A stretch of 64,000 bases of DNA from Planctomycetota bacterium (lineage in GTDB: Bacteria; Planctomycetota; B15-G4), in NCBI GenBank assembly GCA_965248575.1, contig CBDFJQ010000002.1:1536001-1600000 (forward strand). The letters are read 5' to 3'. The notes beneath the pieces are model-generated. The model did no database searches. It had not been told where the DNA came from and saw nothing but the letters and a program-made list of their open reading frames with translations. How positions within the stretch are numbered: the stretch's first letter is position 1; the number at the start of each line of letters is the position of its first letter. The position numbers and the translations under genes are program-made. This document shows positions 8,956 to 16,955 of the stretch, one piece after another.

Positions 8956-10256
8956 GGACCGCGGCTCCCTGACACCACCTGCTCGTAGACCCCCAGCAAC
9001 TCTGCCGCGGCATCGGCTTCATCGCGCACGCGGTGCTCATGGGCCGCCAACTGCTGCACGAGGCCCCGGTCGTCTGCCAGGCGCCTCAAGACGCGTGCCA
9101 GCGACGCTTCATCGCCCGCCTCGAAGAGCAGTCCATTGACGCCGTCCTCCACCGCTTCAGCCATGGCCCCGTGGTTGGCCGTGACCACCACGACGCCTGC
9201 CAGGAAAGCCTCACGAATGGTGAGCGCGAAAGCTTCGTACCAGATGGACGGCACCACGACGACATCGAAGCTCGCAAGGATCTCAGGGATGCGTTCATTG
9301 TCGTAGCGGCCGTGCAGGTGGATGCTCGATTCGAACCCCTCTCGCAGGGCTTCCAGCCGCGCACCATAGTCGCGGTCGTGGTGGAAGGGCAGCACTTCGC
9401 CCCACACATCCAGCTGGAGCGAACTGGGGTCACCCAAGCGACGCACGGCTTCCAGCAAGAGGTGGACTCCCTTGCTCGGCAAGACGGACCCGATGAAGCC
9501 CACGCGCAGCGGGCCGTCTGGGGCTCGCCGGGTTCTGGTCGGAAAGCGCTTGGTGGGGAGCCCGTTCTCCACCACTCGCACGCTCCCCGCCGACACCCCG
9601 TAGGCCTCGAACATGCGGCGCATGAAGTCCGAGGGCGTGAGCAGCAGGTCCACGCCCTCCAGGACCTGATGCATGCTGGCGTGGTACTGCTCAAGCAGGG
9701 CCCGGTCCCCCGCCTCCTGCTCCTCCGCGCCAGCACCTGGTGCCCGGCCCTCGCCCAGGAGATGCGGCCAGAGTTCCCGCAGGCAAGGCACGCACTTCTC
9801 CAGCTGGATCTCCGGGCACAGCTCCAGGCCGGCGGTGATGCGTTGACCACGCGGGCAACCCATCCAGAAATCGTGCAGCGTCATCACCGTCGCAATGCCC
9901 CGGGCCTTCAGGCGCTCCAGGATCGCGACGGAGAGGCAGGTCAGATGGTGCACGTGCACGACATCCGGGTGGACCTCGTCCAGGACCTCGACGAAGCGAT
10001 CCCCGATGCCGGGGTGCGCGTACATGAGATCGAAGCGCGTCGCATCCTCGAAGGTGTTCGCCAGGCGAACCACGGGGACGCCCTGCACCTCGTCGCGCGC
10101 CAGCTCCAGATGCTCCAACCCCGCCCGCCCTGTACGTGCCAGGACAGCGGCCTCGTGCCCCGCCTCACGCACGGCACGGGCCAAACCCGCGACATGCAAC
10201 TCGACACCGCCCACCGACTCGGGCAAATAAGAGGCCGTCACAAAGAGCACGCGCAC
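8952..10256 (-). CDS. GT4 glycosyltransferase (ExpE7-like, 4-Cys insert)
   Basis: GGVE, HDFWMGC, KGV, VPSIWYEAF..TIREA. Confidence 0.9.
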   Translation of the reverse strand: MRVLFVTASYLPESVGGVELHVAGLARAVREAGHEAAVLARTGRAGLEHLELARDEVQGVPVVRLANTFEDATRFDLMYAHPGIGDRFVEVLDEVHPDVVHVHHLTCLSVAILERLKARGIATVMTLHDFWMGCPRGQRITAGLELCPEIQLEKCVPCLRELWPHLLGEGRAPGAGAEEQEAGDRALLEQYHASMHQVLEGVDLLLTPSDFMRRMFEAYGVSAGSVRVVENGLPTKRFPTRTRRAPDGPLRVGFIGSVLPSKGVHLLLEAVRRLGDPSSLQLDVWGEVLPFHHDRDYGARLEALREGFESSIHLHGRYDNERIPEILASFDVVVVPSIWYEAFALTIREAFLAGVVVVTANHGAMAEAVEDGVNGLLFEAGDEASLARVLRRLADDRGLVQQLAAHEHRVRDEADAAAELLGVYEQVVSGSRGP

Positions 10257-10262
10257 CGTGAG

Positions 10263-12221
10263 CTAGCTCGCCAACCAGGCTTCGAACGCATCAAAGGAAG
10301 ACGGGCGGCCGAGGAAGTCCTCCATCAGATCCTCGGCGTCCCGGCTCCCGCCCGGTTCGAGCACCTTCTTGCGGTAGCGCGAGGCCGCCTCGGCGTCCAT
10401 GAGGTCTTCGCCGAAGGCCGACAAGCAGTCCTTTGCCAGGACCAGCGACCACATGTAGGTGTAGTAGAGCGCGGTGTAGCCGTCGAGGTGCCCGAAGGCC
10501 GTCTGCAGACTCGTACCCTCCTCGTAGGGCGTCGAGAGGTAGTTCTCGCGCACCGATCGCATGACCTCCGTGCTGTCGCGTCCCGCAGGGTCTGAGCTGT
10601 AGTACTCCAGGGAGAGCGCCGCGTAGAACATCTGCATCCGCGTTCCGATTCCCTTCCCGTACTCCGCCGCGCGGTTCATGCTCTCCACGAGCTCCACCGG
10701 GATCGGCTTCCCCGTCTCATGGTGCAGGGCGAAACTGCGCAGGATGTCTGCGTCCTGACACCACTCTTCGAAGAGCTGGCTCGGCACCTCCACGAAGTCC
10801 CATTCCGTGGCGATCCCTGAGGTGGCCAACCACTCGTGGCGACCTGCCAAGAGGTGATGCAGCAGGTGACCGAATTCATGAAAGACCGTGCGCACGTCCG
10901 ACGGGTCCAGAAGACCCGGGTCGTCGCCAGAGGCCTTCGGCAAGTTGCAGACGAGACATGCCGACGGCACCACCTGCCCGGCCAGGCCGCTTTGCAGATC
11001 GAACATGGCGGCGTGCTTGAACTTGTCCTCGCGCGGATGCATGTCGAGGAAGAAGCGGGCCATGACCTCGCCATCCTCAAGCAGCTCCCAGGCCTCCACG
11101 TCCTCATGCCACAACGGGACACCTTCTCGGCGCCGGATCTCCAGGCCGTACAGGCGGCTGATGACGGACACGATGCCGTCCCGCACCGCGTCGTAGCAGA
11201 AGTAGGGACGCGCTTCCCGTGAGTCGAAAGCAAAGCGCTCACGACGCATCATCTCCAAGAAATAGCCCCGGTCGAAATCCCGGAGCACAGCGGGCTCGCC
11301 GCTCGTCGGTTCACTCCCCGGCGCCTGCCCCAGCTCGCGCTGCAGGGCTTCCGTGAGTTCGTTCACTTCCCGTTCTGCCCGGTCACCCGTCAGATCGCAC
11401 ACGCGCTGGATGAACTCCCCTGCCTTGTCGGCGGTGCGGATCATCTTGTCTTCAGTGGCGTAGGCACTCCAGTTCTCGTAGCCCAGCAAGGTCGCCAACT
11501 CGTGTCGCTTGGCGAGCATCTGATCGAGCACCTCGAAGTTTGCCGGGGCCCCCCGCCGATGAAACTGATGGAAGACCGCTTCACGCACGGTGCGCTTGCG
11601 GCAGAACTTCTGCACGGGCAGATAGTCCGTCGGATTGGTCGTCAGCCGGATCTTGCCGTCCTCGCCCGGGGCATGGCTGTCGATGAAGTCCTGGGGCAAT
11701 CCCTGCAAGTCCTCGGCGCTGTCGATCAGGATCTCGCGCACATCCCCGGCGATGTTGCGTGAGAAGGTCTGGCCCACCTCGACCAGCTCTTCCCGCAGGG
11801 CCCGTACCCGGTCGCGGGTCGGCTCGTCCCGATCGACACCAGAGCGTCGGTAGTCCCGCAGGGCGTGCTTCAGCAACCGACGGCTGACGGCGTCCGGGGC
11901 CCGCTCGGGGTCCAGCGCCGCCAGGCGGTCGTAGACCTGGCGATCGAGGGAGAGTTCCGTGCCGAAACGGCTCACCTCCTGCTCGATCTCTGCCACCGCC
12001 TCGCGCATGGCGCCCTCGGGATGCACCTGAAAGAACAGGTGCGCCAGGCCCGAACTGCGGTTGAGGGGGTGGCCAATGGCGTCGTGCGCCTTCAGGACAT
12101 CCCGCACCGCCGCTTCAGGGGGCAACGCTTTGAAGTCGGAGAGAGCCTCACGTGCGGCGGCCAGATCGGCGGCACAGGCGGCCCGGAAGGTGTCGATGTC
12201 TGCTGCAAGGAGGGTTTCCAT
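10263..12221 (-). CDS. M3 metallopeptidase (thimet oligopeptidase/oligopeptidase A-like)
   Basis: FHEFGHLLH zinc motif, DFVEVPSQLFE, LDMHPREDKFKHAA, FGHLDGYTALYYTYMWS. Confidence 0.93.
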   Translation of the reverse strand: METLLAADIDTFRAACAADLAAAREALSDFKALPPEAAVRDVLKAHDAIGHPLNRSSGLAHLFFQVHPEGAMREAVAEIEQEVSRFGTELSLDRQVYDRLAALDPERAPDAVSRRLLKHALRDYRRSGVDRDEPTRDRVRALREELVEVGQTFSRNIAGDVREILIDSAEDLQGLPQDFIDSHAPGEDGKIRLTTNPTDYLPVQKFCRKRTVREAVFHQFHRRGAPANFEVLDQMLAKRHELATLLGYENWSAYATEDKMIRTADKAGEFIQRVCDLTGDRAEREVNELTEALQRELGQAPGSEPTSGEPAVLRDFDRGYFLEMMRRERFAFDSREARPYFCYDAVRDGIVSVISRLYGLEIRRREGVPLWHEDVEAWELLEDGEVMARFFLDMHPREDKFKHAAMFDLQSGLAGQVVPSACLVCNLPKASGDDPGLLDPSDVRTVFHEFGHLLHHLLAGRHEWLATSGIATEWDFVEVPSQLFEEWCQDADILRSFALHHETGKPIPVELVESMNRAAEYGKGIGTRMQMFYAALSLEYYSSDPAGRDSTEVMRSVRENYLSTPYEEGTSLQTAFGHLDGYTALYYTYMWSLVLAKDCLSAFGEDLMDAEAASRYRKKVLEPGGSRDAEDLMEDFLGRPSSFDAFEAWLAS

Positions 12222-12230
12222 GACCCGGCG

Positions 12231-12236
12231 AATATA
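12231..12236 (-). promoter_or_regulatory. putative -10 hexamer (TATATT) of a near-leaderless promoter for the M3 peptidase
   Basis: AT-rich hexamer in GC-rich DNA, 9 nt upstream of ATG 12221, with no clear SD. Confidence 0.4.
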
Positions 12237-12278
12237 CCGGCCGGCCGCGTCGATTTCGGCTGCGATTCGAGGATCCCC

Positions 12279-13571
12279 TCAGGCCTCCTCTCCATGCTCC
12301 CGGACGAGGCGCTCCAGCAGCGCCACATCTTCGGCAATTCCCCGCACGGCTGGGATCGAGGCGGCCAGGGCATCCACCCGGCCGGGCTGCTCCACCAAGC
12401 GCAGCAGGGCTGCAGCCAGGGCTCCGCTGTCTCCGGTCGGGAAGACCTCGCCTCCTCCTTCCGCCACCAGCTCTGCCATCCCACCCCGGTCGGACGTCAG
12501 GACAGGGACACCTCGCTGAAAGGCCTCGTGGATCGTGAGGGGGCTGTTCTCCCACCACAGGCTCGGAACGACCAGCAGGTCCATGTCCGCGAAAACCGCC
12601 TCCCGTTGCTCCTGGGCGAACGGCCCCGCCAGGCGCAGGGAGGGCGTGCGCTCTGCGATGGCTCGAAGGCGTTTGGCCACATCGGGAAACCAATCGAGGT
12701 GTCCGTGCACGTTGGCCAGCAACTTGCCCGGCGGCAGGCCGCAGGTTTCCACGGCGCTCGCGAAGGTCTCCACACCCTTGTAGTCGCTGAGGGTGCCGAC
12801 GTACGCCACCCGCAGCGGAGATCCTGGCGTCGCCCGTGGCGCTCGCGGACCGGGGTTTGGGAAACCGTAGTCCGCCACCACCAGCTTCTCCCGCGGCAGC
12901 CCATTGGCGACGAAGCGCTCGGCCAGGAAACGCGAGGGAGCAAGGAAGCGGTCGACATGACGGAAGGCTGCCCGCATGTCGCGCTTGCGCCCCTCGATGG
13001 CCCGAGCGAACCAGCGCCGATCGCCAAGCTCTGCGTAGCTGTTGGCGTGGGAGTCGTCACTCCAGCGTTCGCGGTCGATGGGATAGATGTCGACGCAGAA
13101 CGCACACTTCTCGGGCAGCTCCTGCTCACAGGCCGTGCCTTGGAGGTCGTACATGAGCCCCGATCGCGAACACATCCACCAATACTCGTGCAGCGTCATG
13201 AGCACCATCGGCACCTTGGCCGCGGCAGCCGCCAGGCTCGAGGTGCCCCCCACGAACTGCAAGCCCTGCACATGCACGACGTCCGGCTGCACCTTGTCCA
13301 GGACAGCCTCGAAGACCCGCGCCATCTGGGGGTCGTCCCACTGCTCCGAGAGATCGTGGTAGATGCGGTTGTAGATCGCCTCGTAGACGGGGACCCCGTC
13401 GTGTTCCCGTTCCAACAGCTCGTATTGCGGCAGGTCCCGGCGTTCTTCGCAGGTGAAGACCGAGACCTCGTGGCCTGCATCCGTCAACGCCCGGGCCAGA
13501 TGGGAGGTGTAGATCTCCGAACCAGCTGAATGCAGCGGTAGGTAATCGTGAATCACCTGGAGAATGCGCAG
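12279..13571 (-). CDS. GT4 glycosyltransferase (ExpE7-like, 4-Cys insert); probable CTG start
   Basis: LRILQVIHDYLP, GSE, KGV, VPSLWWENSP..IHEA; GAGGAG lies 8 nt before CTG 13571. Confidence 0.88.
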   Translation of the reverse strand: MRILQVIHDYLPLHSAGSEIYTSHLARALTDAGHEVSVFTCEERRDLPQYELLEREHDGVPVYEAIYNRIYHDLSEQWDDPQMARVFEAVLDKVQPDVVHVQGLQFVGGTSSLAAAAAKVPMVLMTLHEYWWMCSRSGLMYDLQGTACEQELPEKCAFCVDIYPIDRERWSDDSHANSYAELGDRRWFARAIEGRKRDMRAAFRHVDRFLAPSRFLAERFVANGLPREKLVVADYGFPNPGPRAPRATPGSPLRVAYVGTLSDYKGVETFASAVETCGLPPGKLLANVHGHLDWFPDVAKRLRAIAERTPSLRLAGPFAQEQREAVFADMDLLVVPSLWWENSPLTIHEAFQRGVPVLTSDRGGMAELVAEGGGEVFPTGDSGALAAALLRLVEQPGRVDALAASIPAVRGIAEDVALLERLVREHGEEA

Positions 13572-13639
13572 GGGACAGGCTCCTCTTGGGACGTTTTGTG
13601 GGTCGGGCGCACGGACAGCTGCCCTCGACTCCGACCGGA

Positions 13640-14707
13640 CTAGTACAGGGCTCGCAGACGGCGAGCGCGTTGGGATGAGTTCCGCGGGCCGCCCAGGGAC
13701 TGTCCCGTGCCCGAGGCCAGCCGAGTCGCTGCCTGCTTGGACACCCGGGCCAGCAGTTCACCGACAGTCACCCGCTCGGGCGTCCCGCCGCGGCGTGACT
13801 CCAGGACGACGACGCCCTGGGCGCAGGTGGGCCCACACAGGACGCGCAGGGGAATCCCCAGCCGCTCCGCCGCGCGCCGTTGTTCTGCGGCAGGTTGTTG
13901 CGTGTCATCGCGAAGCGTTGCAATGCCCGCCCGCTGCAACTCGCTCTCCAGCTTGGCGGACATCTCCCGGGCGACGGGGTCGTCCCCTGCCGCCTCCACC
14001 AAGGCGACGACAAAGGGTGCACACGCCACCGGCCAGGAGAGACCGCGCTCGTCGCGATGTTGCTGCGCGAGGACTCCCGCCACGGCATAGAGATCCAATT
14101 CGAGCAACAGCAGGCTGTGCATGATCGGGGCCTCCGCCTCTGCCGCCTCCGCGTCCGATGCTGGCGTCTGCGTCGTCTGCGGGGCGAGCTCGCGGCGGCT
14201 CATGCGGCCGAGCTCCTTGCCTGCAGCCTGAAGCAGCCCGTCGTCCGTCCAGCCCATGCCTTGCACGCCCACCTGTTCAAGAGCCAGCACCAGCTCGCGA
14301 GCCAGGTCCGCGGCGGGAGGTGCGTCGCTGCGTTCGAGGCGTACCACGTCGACGCGCCGGTAAAGCGCCAGGCCGTGCAGGCCTTCGGCGTCCGGCGCCA
14401 ACTCCCGAAAGCCCGTGCCGGAAGCAGCCAGACCCGACTCCGCCCCGGCCCAACCCATGTGGGCCATGAGGTTCACCAGCGCTTCGCCCTCGCAGGCCGG
14501 GAGGCATGCCAGGCAGACCCCGTGCTCTGCGAGGGTTTCCAGCAGGTGGTTCTCAACTTGCTCGAGCAGCCCTTCAAAGAGCGGCGTGCCCGCCACGAGC
14601 CCCGGCCCCAAGGCCACCAGGTAGCCGGAATCCACGAGATCGGCGAACCCGTTATCCCCCGAGGACTGCTCCGGCAGGAAGCGGTGAACGAGCGTCGAAC
14701 GGCGCAT
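13640..14707 (-). CDS. degenerate prolyl-tRNA synthetase paralogue with class IIa anticodon-binding domain
   Basis: ProRS-like N-terminus (MRRSTL..LVDSGYL..LGPGL..P....LLEQVEN) and C-terminus (DERGLSWP..CAPF..L..AGI..LRDD..AERLGIP); motif 2 and motif 3 consensus not recognisable. Confidence 0.75.
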   Translation of the reverse strand: MRRSTLVHRFLPEQSSGDNGFADLVDSGYLVALGPGLVAGTPLFEGLLEQVENHLLETLAEHGVCLACLPACEGEALVNLMAHMGWAGAESGLAASGTGFRELAPDAEGLHGLALYRRVDVVRLERSDAPPAADLARELVLALEQVGVQGMGWTDDGLLQAAGKELGRMSRRELAPQTTQTPASDAEAAEAEAPIMHSLLLLELDLYAVAGVLAQQHRDERGLSWPVACAPFVVALVEAAGDDPVAREMSAKLESELQRAGIATLRDDTQQPAAEQRRAAERLGIPLRVLCGPTCAQGVVVLESRRGGTPERVTVGELLARVSKQAATRLASGTGQSLGGPRNSSQRARRLRALY

Positions 14708-14744
14708 GGATGAGTTCTCTGGTGAAACGCTGGAGGCTACCCAG

Positions 14745-14750
14745 AGTGTA
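14745..14750 (-). promoter_or_regulatory. putative -10 hexamer (TACACT) for the ProRS-like gene
   Basis: TAnnnT hexamer 37 nt upstream of ATG 14707, in the divergent intergenic region. Confidence 0.35.
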
Positions 14751-14821
14751 GCGGCCTCATCCGCCCAATCCGCCACGGGAATCGGCCTCCCACCGAGCGA
14801 GGGTCTCGTTATGCTCAACCT

Positions 14822-14839
14822 GCGAGGGGCGCCCCTCGC
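14822..14839. repeat. perfect 18-bp palindrome GCGAGGGGCGCCCCTCGC
   Basis: Exactly self-complementary; 6 nt downstream of TATGCT (14810-14815) and 28 nt upstream of ATG 14868. Confidence 0.75.
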
Positions 14840-14867
14840 CACCGCACACCTCATCGGGAGAAACCCC

Positions 14868-16409
14868 ATGAATATCATCCAGGCCGCTGCGGCCAGCCTG
14901 CTGCTCACGGGCAGCGCCCTCGCCGGCGACGCAGCCGAAGGCATCGCCGTCATCGACGCCACGGAGTACCTCCCGCTCGGCACCTTCAACGCCTGGGAGA
15001 TGATCGACGCCGACAACCAGGTGGACGGTGACACCCAGATCATCAGCGTCAAGAAGACCACCGTTGTGGACGGCATCCCCCGCTACAACGTGCGCACCAA
15101 GATCTTCGACGAAGTGGCGGACGTCATCTTCCAGTTCGGCGTGGACGGCAGTGAGATCTATCTCTACGCCGCAAAGGTCGCTGCGGGCGCCGACCTGGGT
15201 GACGACGACCTCTCGGTCTCGACGATGTTCTTCACGCCACCTGTTTTCGTGGGCGACACCTCCCAACCGCTCGACGGGCCGCCTGCGGTCACGCCCATCA
15301 CGTCGTCCATCAAGGTCAAGCTCAAGATCGGGCCCAAATCCATCAAGGCCAAGGTGGACGTCGCGGGCACCATCTCGACCAGTTGGCAGAGCGTCGGCCC
15401 CGTGCTCACCCCCAACGGCACCATCCCGGGCAACAACCTGGCCCAGCTGCGGATGGACTTCTTCTTCACCTACAGCTCGGACGACGACGACATCGACGAC
15501 GTGCTGCAGGGCGAGACCACCAACAAGACCGTGCGCGGCATCATGGGTGTGGACGCTGGCTATGTGCAGATCGACGGCGCCGGCAGCAAGGTCAAGGTCC
15601 TGAACCGGGCGATCCTGCCCAACAACACCGTGGGCAACTTCCCGCCCTTGACGGTCGACCTGGCCGGGCTCGTGATCAGCACGCCCTTCCTGTTCAACCT
15701 CTTCTACGGTGGAGGTGCCGAGGGGGTCGACCCGAGTGACGGCTTCGTGACCCTGTCCAATGTCGACATCCAACAGCGGCTCGGCGGCAAGACGTTCATG
15801 ACGGCTGACGTCTCCGTGGCTGGTGTCGAAGGAGGGACGATCGTGCCGGTGCAGTTCACAGGCAAGACCAAGTTCAAGCCCGATGGCACGGCCAACGTCT
15901 CCATGAAGGCGAAGACGGCCCACCCCGACCTGACTGCCAAGTTGAACATGAAGATCAAGGCGGCGCTCACCGACACGAGCACCTCCATGACCATGACCTA
16001 CAAGGCGGGCAAGGACATCGATGGCCTGCCGATCGTGGGCGAGGTGGACATTCCCATCAGCCCCGAACCGGTGGCGAACGCCGTCCTGAACATCAACAGG
16101 CTGTTGGACGTGAAGTTCGACCCGAACCCGCTCAAGCGCAAGCTGGGTGCAGAAGGAACGCTCACCCTAGGTTCGCTCCAGATTCCCGTGACAGTGCTGG
16201 AGAAGGTGAAGGTCAAGGAGGGCTTCCCGGAGAAGCGCAACTACGCCCTGGTGCAGACCGGCACCACGAAGCCCAAGCTGTTCAAGTGGGCGGCCAGCAA
16301 CACGGACAACACCGACTACCTCATCGCGAAACTGAAGGGCAAGCTGCTGGGCCTGAAGATCAAGCCTGAGGATCCCAGCCTGCTGCCCGTCAGCCTCGAC
16401 GACGAGTAG
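14868..16409 (+). CDS. secreted beta-rich hypothetical protein
   Basis: GGGAGA SD; signal peptide MNIIQAAAASLLLTGSALA; strong GC3 coding bias; acidic N-part and Lys-rich C-part. Confidence 0.8.
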   Translation: MNIIQAAAASLLLTGSALAGDAAEGIAVIDATEYLPLGTFNAWEMIDADNQVDGDTQIISVKKTTVVDGIPRYNVRTKIFDEVADVIFQFGVDGSEIYLYAAKVAAGADLGDDDLSVSTMFFTPPVFVGDTSQPLDGPPAVTPITSSIKVKLKIGPKSIKAKVDVAGTISTSWQSVGPVLTPNGTIPGNNLAQLRMDFFFTYSSDDDDIDDVLQGETTNKTVRGIMGVDAGYVQIDGAGSKVKVLNRAILPNNTVGNFPPLTVDLAGLVISTPFLFNLFYGGGAEGVDPSDGFVTLSNVDIQQRLGGKTFMTADVSVAGVEGGTIVPVQFTGKTKFKPDGTANVSMKAKTAHPDLTAKLNMKIKAALTDTSTSMTMTYKAGKDIDGLPIVGEVDIPISPEPVANAVLNINRLLDVKFDPNPLKRKLGAEGTLTLGSLQIPVTVLEKVKVKEGFPEKRNYALVQTGTTKPKLFKWAASNTDNTDYLIAKLKGKLLGLKIKPEDPSLLPVSLDDE

Positions 16410-16467
16410 TCGGCCCTGAGAGGGAGCCGGCGTCGCCTCTCCGGAGGCTGGTTCTACCCCGACACAT

Positions 16468-16511
16468 CGGCGGTCGTACGGAATCGATTCCGTGCGGCCG
16501 CCGTGTTCGTT
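16468..16511 (+). terminator. probable intrinsic terminator
   Basis: CGGCGGTCGTACGGAATC/GATTCCGTGCGGCCGCCG hairpin whose two mismatches are G-U on the + strand, followed by TGTTCGTT; ~60 nt after the stop at 16409. Confidence 0.65.
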
Positions 16512-16513
16512 CC

Positions 16514-16616
16514 GGGGCAGACTGTTCTTGGACACCTGATCTGCTTCTCAGACAACGAGGCGAACAGACGCCTCGAAAACTCGCTTCAGATCAGGTGCCC
16601 AAGAACAGCCCGCCCC
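16514..16616 (-). repeat. long hairpin element, copy 1
   Basis: 30-nt arms 16514-16543 and 16587-16616 (3 mismatches, all G-U on the - strand) around a 43-nt core. Confidence 0.9.
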
Positions 16617-16819
16617 TCGTCGCTGGAGAAGCGCTGGGACCACTGGTGGCGCCCGGCGCCGTGGACCGTGGCCCGGAAAAATGGACTGATAGCCAAGACC
16701 ACAGTGACCTGCACTGAAGACCAGGAGTCACTCCACTCGCAGAGTCACTGAAAGTCCAGACAGTCTGGATCAAAGGGGGAGTGGACTCGCACGGCGCGTG
16801 GACCGACATTCACCGACGA

Positions 16820-16924
16820 GGGCGGTCCTGTTTTTTGGGCAGAGGATCTGAGGCGAGTTTTCGAGGCGTCTGTTCGCCTCGTTGTCTGAGCAGCAGATCC
16901 TCTGCCCAAAAAACAGGACCGCCC
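16820..16924 (+). repeat. long hairpin element, copy 2 (inverted relative to copy 1)
   Basis: Perfect 31-nt arms 16820-16850 and 16894-16924; 43-nt core is 41/43 identical to the reverse complement of the copy 1 core. Confidence 0.92.
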
Positions 16925-16955
16925 GGCAAGCCGGCAGAACTCGAACCCGCAGCCC

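Noticed and set aside
16514..16924. CRISPR array or integron attC sites
   Set aside because: Only two inverted copies, no spacers, no cas or intI; conserved core with variable stems is the opposite of attC
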